Program-made: the position numbers and the translations under genes
Source of the DNA: Fibrobacteria bacterium
GTDB taxonomy: Bacteria; Fibrobacterota; Fibrobacteria; UBA11236
DNA length: 20,454 nucleotides
Direction: 5' to 3'
Assembly: GCA_041746255.1 (NCBI GenBank)
Contig: JBGTHM010000082.1
Span: forward strand, 1 to 20,454
Notes under the pieces: generated by a model
Database searches by the model: none
The model's input: only the letters and a program-made list of their open reading frames with translations
Told to the model about the DNA's origin: nothing
Shown here: positions 15,862 to 20,454 of the stretch, piece by piece
Layout of the letters: each line of letters opens with the position of its first letter
How positions within the stretch are numbered: position 1 is the stretch's first letter

Positions 15862-17201
15862 ACTTTTTGACGGACCGATCCGGAAGGCCGACCCGCTCCT
15901 GTGAGCGGTGGTTTTCCGTATTGTCCCTCCCCTTGGGGGGGAGTTTCCGTCGCTTCCATCTTTTGATGACGGGTCTCATCGGGTTGCTCCTGCTTTCCCC
16001 CCTCTATGGAGATGAAGATGGAGTGCGGCGTGTCCGGCATGAAGGGCTGCACGCTTCCCAGTCCTCCTCCACCGCGGGCCAGGGAAATTTGCATATGGTC
16101 GGTTTTGGGAGAAGTTTTCTATGGGACAATAACGCTGCAACCCGCATCCCTCCTACGCTCCCTAATTTGGAAGCCATTTATGGTATTTATGATTTTCTCG
16201 ACGTGGCGGCGGGAAGCCGGGTTCTCAGTTATGGACTGCAACCCGGAAGCGCATACATGCGTCTGAAGGCCACCACGCCGAATAACAAAAAGCTCCGGCT
16301 TTTTGGAGTCGGCCAAAGTTTGGAGTTCAGCCGTAACCTGATGACTTTTTTCCCCTCGAACGGATATCGCATCCATAACGAAGGGTTTGGGCCGGAGGGG
16401 TTCAATTTCGGTAGCGACGCCCTCTTAACCGGCTTCAAGGCCATGACCGCCCTGGATTTCGAATTCATCAATATTTCTTCGTACTTGCCTTTCAAGTTGT
16501 ATGTGAATATGGGGTGGGAGACTGGCTTGGGCTCCTGGATTGCCGACAGTAATGCGCAAATCGCCAAAAAGCCCAATGGTAGAATGGGTACGGATAATTT
16601 TTCCAAAATGCCCTTCTCACTGGGACTGGAAGTGAAAACCTATTCCACCGATTTTTTCGTGGAATTAGAGGGCGACCCTTTCACCGTGAACATGCTTCCC
16701 ATGCTCGGCAAGTGGGTCGGACTATCGGAGGGAAACCCCTGGCAACGTTTCCAGGTAGGTAATAAATCGTTCGACATGCATTTCGTGGAAAATCCCTTTT
16801 ATCTGCATGCGGGTTCCCGCTTGAAATACGGCAACGGCTTGACCATGCTGGGAGGATTTTCCTGGTTATTGAGCAGTGAACGTGGCGCGGATTTCGGGCC
16901 TTGCCACATTCGCGACAACCCCTGCCAGGATAGAAACGTAACAGACGGTTACAATCCATTCTATCCACAGTGGAAATTATTCGGAGGGTTGCAATATCCG
17001 ATTCGCTTCACGCAGCCTTCGAGCGAACTCTACCGTTCGTTCCTCCTTAAGCGTTATCAGTCGCGGCGGAAAATTGTAGACATCGAAAAAGCCTTGGAGG
17101 ATACCCGGCAGGATACGGAGCAAATCGACGGAATGGAAAGGCGTCGAATTCTGGAAGAGCGGCGCAAGCAGGCGGAGGAGAGCGATGTCGAGCTCAATTA
17201 A
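15858..17201 (+). CDS. Secreted hypothetical protein, predicted outer-membrane beta-barrel with charged C-terminal tail (paralog 2)
   Basis: ATGA overlap with paralog 1. Hydrophobic LLMTGLIGLLLLSPLYG. Amphipathic strands (FSLGLEVK, FFVELEG, WKLFGGLQYP). Motifs shared with paralog 1. The true start could be further downstream. Confidence 0.75.
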   Translation: MNFLTDRSGRPTRSCERWFSVLSLPLGGSFRRFHLLMTGLIGLLLLSPLYGDEDGVRRVRHEGLHASQSSSTAGQGNLHMVGFGRSFLWDNNAATRIPPTLPNLEAIYGIYDFLDVAAGSRVLSYGLQPGSAYMRLKATTPNNKKLRLFGVGQSLEFSRNLMTFFPSNGYRIHNEGFGPEGFNFGSDALLTGFKAMTALDFEFINISSYLPFKLYVNMGWETGLGSWIADSNAQIAKKPNGRMGTDNFSKMPFSLGLEVKTYSTDFFVELEGDPFTVNMLPMLGKWVGLSEGNPWQRFQVGNKSFDMHFVENPFYLHAGSRLKYGNGLTMLGGFSWLLSSERGADFGPCHIRDNPCQDRNVTDGYNPFYPQWKLFGGLQYPIRFTQPSSELYRSFLLKRYQSRRKIVDIEKALEDTRQDTEQIDGMERRRILEERRKQAEESDVELN

Positions 17202-20200
17202 AATATCCGTTCTGCTAATCGCCGCGGCGATTTTTCCGGCCTACCCGCAAGCGCCGGAAGGGGGGGACCGTTGGAGGCAGGCGGACCAAATCCTAGACCG
17301 GCTGCAAGAGGAAAAACGGACTCTGGTGATTATTGAGGAGGAGGTTGGACGACTGAAATTTCTGGCCGAGGATTTGCGCGGACTACAGCTTTATCCTTCC
17401 GAAGTGACGCGGCTTCGAGGTGAAGATGAGATCTGGTTGGACAAACGGATTGAGAGGCTGGAACGCAATCATGCGGCGGCTCTCCAATTCGTAGAGGAGG
17501 GCAAACGTCCGCTTGGCGAGGCCTTGTCCATAACGCGGGAGATGCTCCGAATCGAGCCGAATGCCGATATGATTGAAATCCTCAGAAAGGACAATATTTC
17601 CAGGGCGGAGAGATTGCTGAAAACCCAGAAGCGCCTGAACGGATATTGGGACGAGGCTTCGGGCATTTTGGAATCTCTCTGGACCCGATCCGGTTTTGCC
17701 GCCGACAAGGTCGAAAACCAACTATTCGACCAAACCTTCCTGAAAGTTTTGATGTCGAATCTGGGACGGGCATCGGAACGCTTCTACGTCTCCTTCAATG
17801 ACTACAAGGACTCGCTGGTCGTTCGCAGCGAAACCAAAAACTGGGCCCGCATGGCAAAAATCGATTTGGACAGGCTTGAGCAACGCCTGGGTTCCGTCAA
17901 CGCGGAATGGGTGGAATCCGAATTGGCGAGTCTCTCCGGTCGCTTTCATGGAAAAATCGCCATCGGAGCCATTCATTATCACCTGGCCCGCAGTTATTTC
18001 CTCGCGAAAAAACCGTTGCAGTCTACGAGGATGTTTCAGGAAATCGCTGCCGACAGCCGATTCTATGGACCCAGCCGCCTGGGAATTCTACAGGGCTTTT
18101 TTGAGGCCAAACTGGATGATTCGGTTGTAGTCCATTATCGAGAAATGGTGGAAAGGAATCAATTGAGCGCGACTGATTTGGCCTCGGCGCGCTACCTGGT
18201 CGTGCAATCGTATTACGCGTTGGGAGCGGACTCACTGATTGCGCCGGAAATTTTGCTTTCCAACCAAAAGGATGCCTATCACCATAAAGGGTTGCTGGTA
18301 TACGCAAAATCCCTGGTACGCCAAAGCCGCTTTACCGAAGCGCGCAAGGTCTTGGAAGGCCTGGTTTCGCAGGCGCAGCTCCCGCAAAAATTTCAAGGGC
18401 AGATTCGCATGATGCTGGCGCACCTCAATTATGAAGAAGGCTTGTTCTCCCATGCTCTCCGCGGTTACACCGCCCTGTTGGAATGGAGTGGATTCCAGTC
18501 AGAAGCGCTTTACGGAATGGTATGGTGCAGCATCCGTTTGCAGGATTTGGATGGCGCCGAATTCATTCTCAAGAAGTTGATTTCGCAATATCCCGATCAT
18601 ACCTGGGCCTTGGATGGATTCCTGGTGCTTATTCGTCGCATCGCATTGAAGTCCGCGGAGGAATGGGAATTCTTGCTGCAGGTGGAAGAGGGAAGGGAAC
18701 GTCTGGAGCAAAGCCGCAAGAAATTGGAACAGCGTCTAAAGGACGGCCTGCTACCTGAAGCGCTGGCCGGAAAAGTCCGGGAACAATTAGTGAAAATGGA
18801 AGAGCAATTGAGCCGACACAAGCCCATGCGCGCGGAGCAGATCGGCGCGCTTTACCGGCAAGCGGTGGGTCTTTGTGAATTCATCGAACAGAGATACCGG
18901 TCGGGAGAATACTCCGAAGTTGTTTACAGTGACGAGCGGGAAAAAATGCTATGGCGTCTCGAACGGGTGGCCGGTGCTCAGACGACCCTGAATTTTGAAA
19001 ATCTGGACGGAAGCGAGGAGTGGTCGAATAACCGCCCGGTTTTCCGTAAGAAACTGTTCGAAAGCCGTGCCCTGGCCATGGATTTGCAGGTCAGGCAAAA
19101 GGCCTGGCTAAAGGATTATCTGATCTATTCCCAAAAAAAGCTAAGCGCCCTCAATCAAAGTATCACCGGAGATACCCCAGAGAGCTTGCGCCAGAAAAAA
19201 AACCTGGAAAGCCAGGCTTATCGATTGGCTGACGACATTTCCGAGCGGCTGGTTCGCAAAGGCGAGCGGATATTGAGCCAAATCGACAAGATTTCCGCAA
19301 CCACCCATGCGGGGCCCTTTGTGGATTGGATGTTATTCCAAAGCGGAATGCAACGTTACGACTTGGAAGAGCATGAGTTGCGAAAGCGTTGGATGTCCTT
19401 TCAATGGCTGAACCAGCAAAACGATGGAAATGACGTGTTTCCCGAACCTTCCATTCGCTTCCTGGAGTATGAGGCCCCCTGGAATTTGCTGGTTGAATCC
19501 TATCCGGAATCTCCGCATGCGCCCGCGGCCCTCTATTACCTGGGTTTTTCCAAAACCGGCCGGGGAAACTCCCTGGAGGGACTGAAACATTTCCAAGAGT
19601 TGGCCGAGAAATATCCGGAATCGCCCTATACCCATCAAGCCTTGATTTTCATAGGCGAACATTATTTCAACCAAAACCAATTGGCGGAGGCCGAACGCGC
19701 TTACGACCGGGTTCTCGATTATCCCGAGTCCAAATATTTCGAGCAGGCTTTGTATAAACTGGCCTGGACCCGGTATCGCCTGAATTCCTATAAAGGCGCC
19801 ATCAGTTCCTTTACCTACATACTCGAAGAAGCCGCCGGCAACCGGAATCCGGCCAAGAAATCCGTTCTGACCGCCGAAGCCTTGCAATTCGCGGCCCTTA
19901 GTATGGCTGAAAGCGACACCACGGGAGACGGCGGTCTGGCGCAGACGAAGGCATTTGCCGATAAATTGGGGGACACCAAGCTGGGGGCCCAACTCATCCA
20001 CCGCATGGCCATCATTTACGCCCAACAGGGCCGGTTGGATCGCGCCAGCCAGGCGGTGGAAACCCTGATGAAAAACTACGAACACTATGAGCGGCATTTC
20101 GAGGTTGCGATGGAACTGGCCCGTGCCTACGACAGGGAAAAGAAATTCGAAGCCGCCACCGATGTACGCATGAAGGTCTTCCGACGGGTGAATCCCCGTT

Positions 20201-20454
20201 CGGAATGGCGCGCGCGGCAAACCGATCCGGAGGTTATTGCCGATGCGGACGCGGCTTGCCGCCAAGCCATGGAGGAGGTCGCCATGCACTATCTGTGGCA
20301 GGCAAAACAGATCAAGGAAAGCGGCGGATCGCATGAACAGGAGAAAATGAACCTATTCAAAGCCGTGTCCGCTTATGAAAACCTTTTAAGTGCCTATCCC
20401 GAAGATGAGCAGCGATCAAAGTACGGCTACAACCAAGCCGAAGCCTATTATGCC
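17185..20454 (+). CDS. Giant secreted tetratricopeptide-repeat protein, >=1090 aa, truncated at its 3' end by the window edge
   Basis: Translated by hand. ATG 17185 overlaps the upstream gene by 17 nt; frame runs to the window end. Signal MSSSIKISVLLIAAAIFPAYPQ. TPRs include EALYGMVWCSIRLQDLDGAEFILKKLISQYPD, YPESPHAPAALYYLG, YPESPYTHQALIFIGEHYF and YFEQALYKLAWTRYRLNSYKGAISSF. Confidence 0.9.
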   Translation, partial: MSSSIKISVLLIAAAIFPAYPQAPEGGDRWRQADQILDRLQEEKRTLVIIEEEVGRLKFLAEDLRGLQLYPSEVTRLRGEDEIWLDKRIERLERNHAAALQFVEEGKRPLGEALSITREMLRIEPNADMIEILRKDNISRAERLLKTQKRLNGYWDEASGILESLWTRSGFAADKVENQLFDQTFLKVLMSNLGRASERFYVSFNDYKDSLVVRSETKNWARMAKIDLDRLEQRLGSVNAEWVESELASLSGRFHGKIAIGAIHYHLARSYFLAKKPLQSTRMFQEIAADSRFYGPSRLGILQGFFEAKLDDSVVVHYREMVERNQLSATDLASARYLVVQSYYALGADSLIAPEILLSNQKDAYHHKGLLVYAKSLVRQSRFTEARKVLEGLVSQAQLPQKFQGQIRMMLAHLNYEEGLFSHALRGYTALLEWSGFQSEALYGMVWCSIRLQDLDGAEFILKKLISQYPDHTWALDGFLVLIRRIALKSAEEWEFLLQVEEGRERLEQSRKKLEQRLKDGLLPEALAGKVREQLVKMEEQLSRHKPMRAEQIGALYRQAVGLCEFIEQRYRSGEYSEVVYSDEREKMLWRLERVAGAQTTLNFENLDGSEEWSNNRPVFRKKLFESRALAMDLQVRQKAWLKDYLIYSQKKLSALNQSITGDTPESLRQKKNLESQAYRLADDISERLVRKGERILSQIDKISATTHAGPFVDWMLFQSGMQRYDLEEHELRKRWMSFQWLNQQNDGNDVFPEPSIRFLEYEAPWNLLVESYPESPHAPAALYYLGFSKTGRGNSLEGLKHFQELAEKYPESPYTHQALIFIGEHYFNQNQLAEAERAYDRVLDYPESKYFEQALYKLAWTRYRLNSYKGAISSFTYILEEAAGNRNPAKKSVLTAEALQFAALSMAESDTTGDGGLAQTKAFADKLGDTKLGAQLIHRMAIIYAQQGRLDRASQAVETLMKNYEHYERHFEVAMELARAYDREKKFEAATDVRMKVFRRVNPRSEWRARQTDPEVIADADAACRQAMEEVAMHYLWQAKQIKESGGSHEQEKMNLFKAVSAYENLLSAYPEDEQRSKYGYNQAEAYYA

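Noticed and set aside
17260..17266. G7 homopolymer near the start of the TPR gene as a possible frameshift or phase-variation site
   Set aside because: The frame reads through intact (GAA GGG GGG GAC), and 7 nt is short for a contingency tract.
19333..20334. 333-aa minus-strand ORF
   Set aside because: Antisense shadow of the TPR gene, with no recognisable motifs.
1..20454. CRISPR arrays, tRNA/rRNA, IS elements, clear intrinsic terminators
   Set aside because: No regularly spaced repeats, RNA-gene signatures, transposase motifs or convincing stem plus U-tract seen by eye; intergenic spaces are all under 300 nt.

Overview
Gene-dense bacterial chromosomal window with 15 credible CDSs. Two large ones are missing from the ORF track because they run off the window edges. 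The envelope-protein repertoire suggests Fibrobacterota (inference only). Left to right: a 3'-truncated secreted vWA-domain protein (-); a divergent unknown lipoprotein, then a lone rfbC/rmlC (+); a PhnP-like MBL hydrolase (-); a lamin-tail-domain lipoprotein (+); a minus-strand run of a TsaP-like protein, a small membrane protein, sensor kinase, OmpR-type regulator, TPR/PQQ beta-propeller protein and pssA; and a divergent, fully overlapping + strand operon encoding a stand-alone MerR/BldC-like HTH, two paralogous predicted outer-membrane beta-barrel proteins with charged C-terminal tails, and a giant (>=1090 aa) secreted TPR protein. This last operon resembles the layout of myxobacterial Glt envelope modules and is the best candidate for an undescribed system. 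I found no rRNA, tRNA, CRISPR array or transposase.
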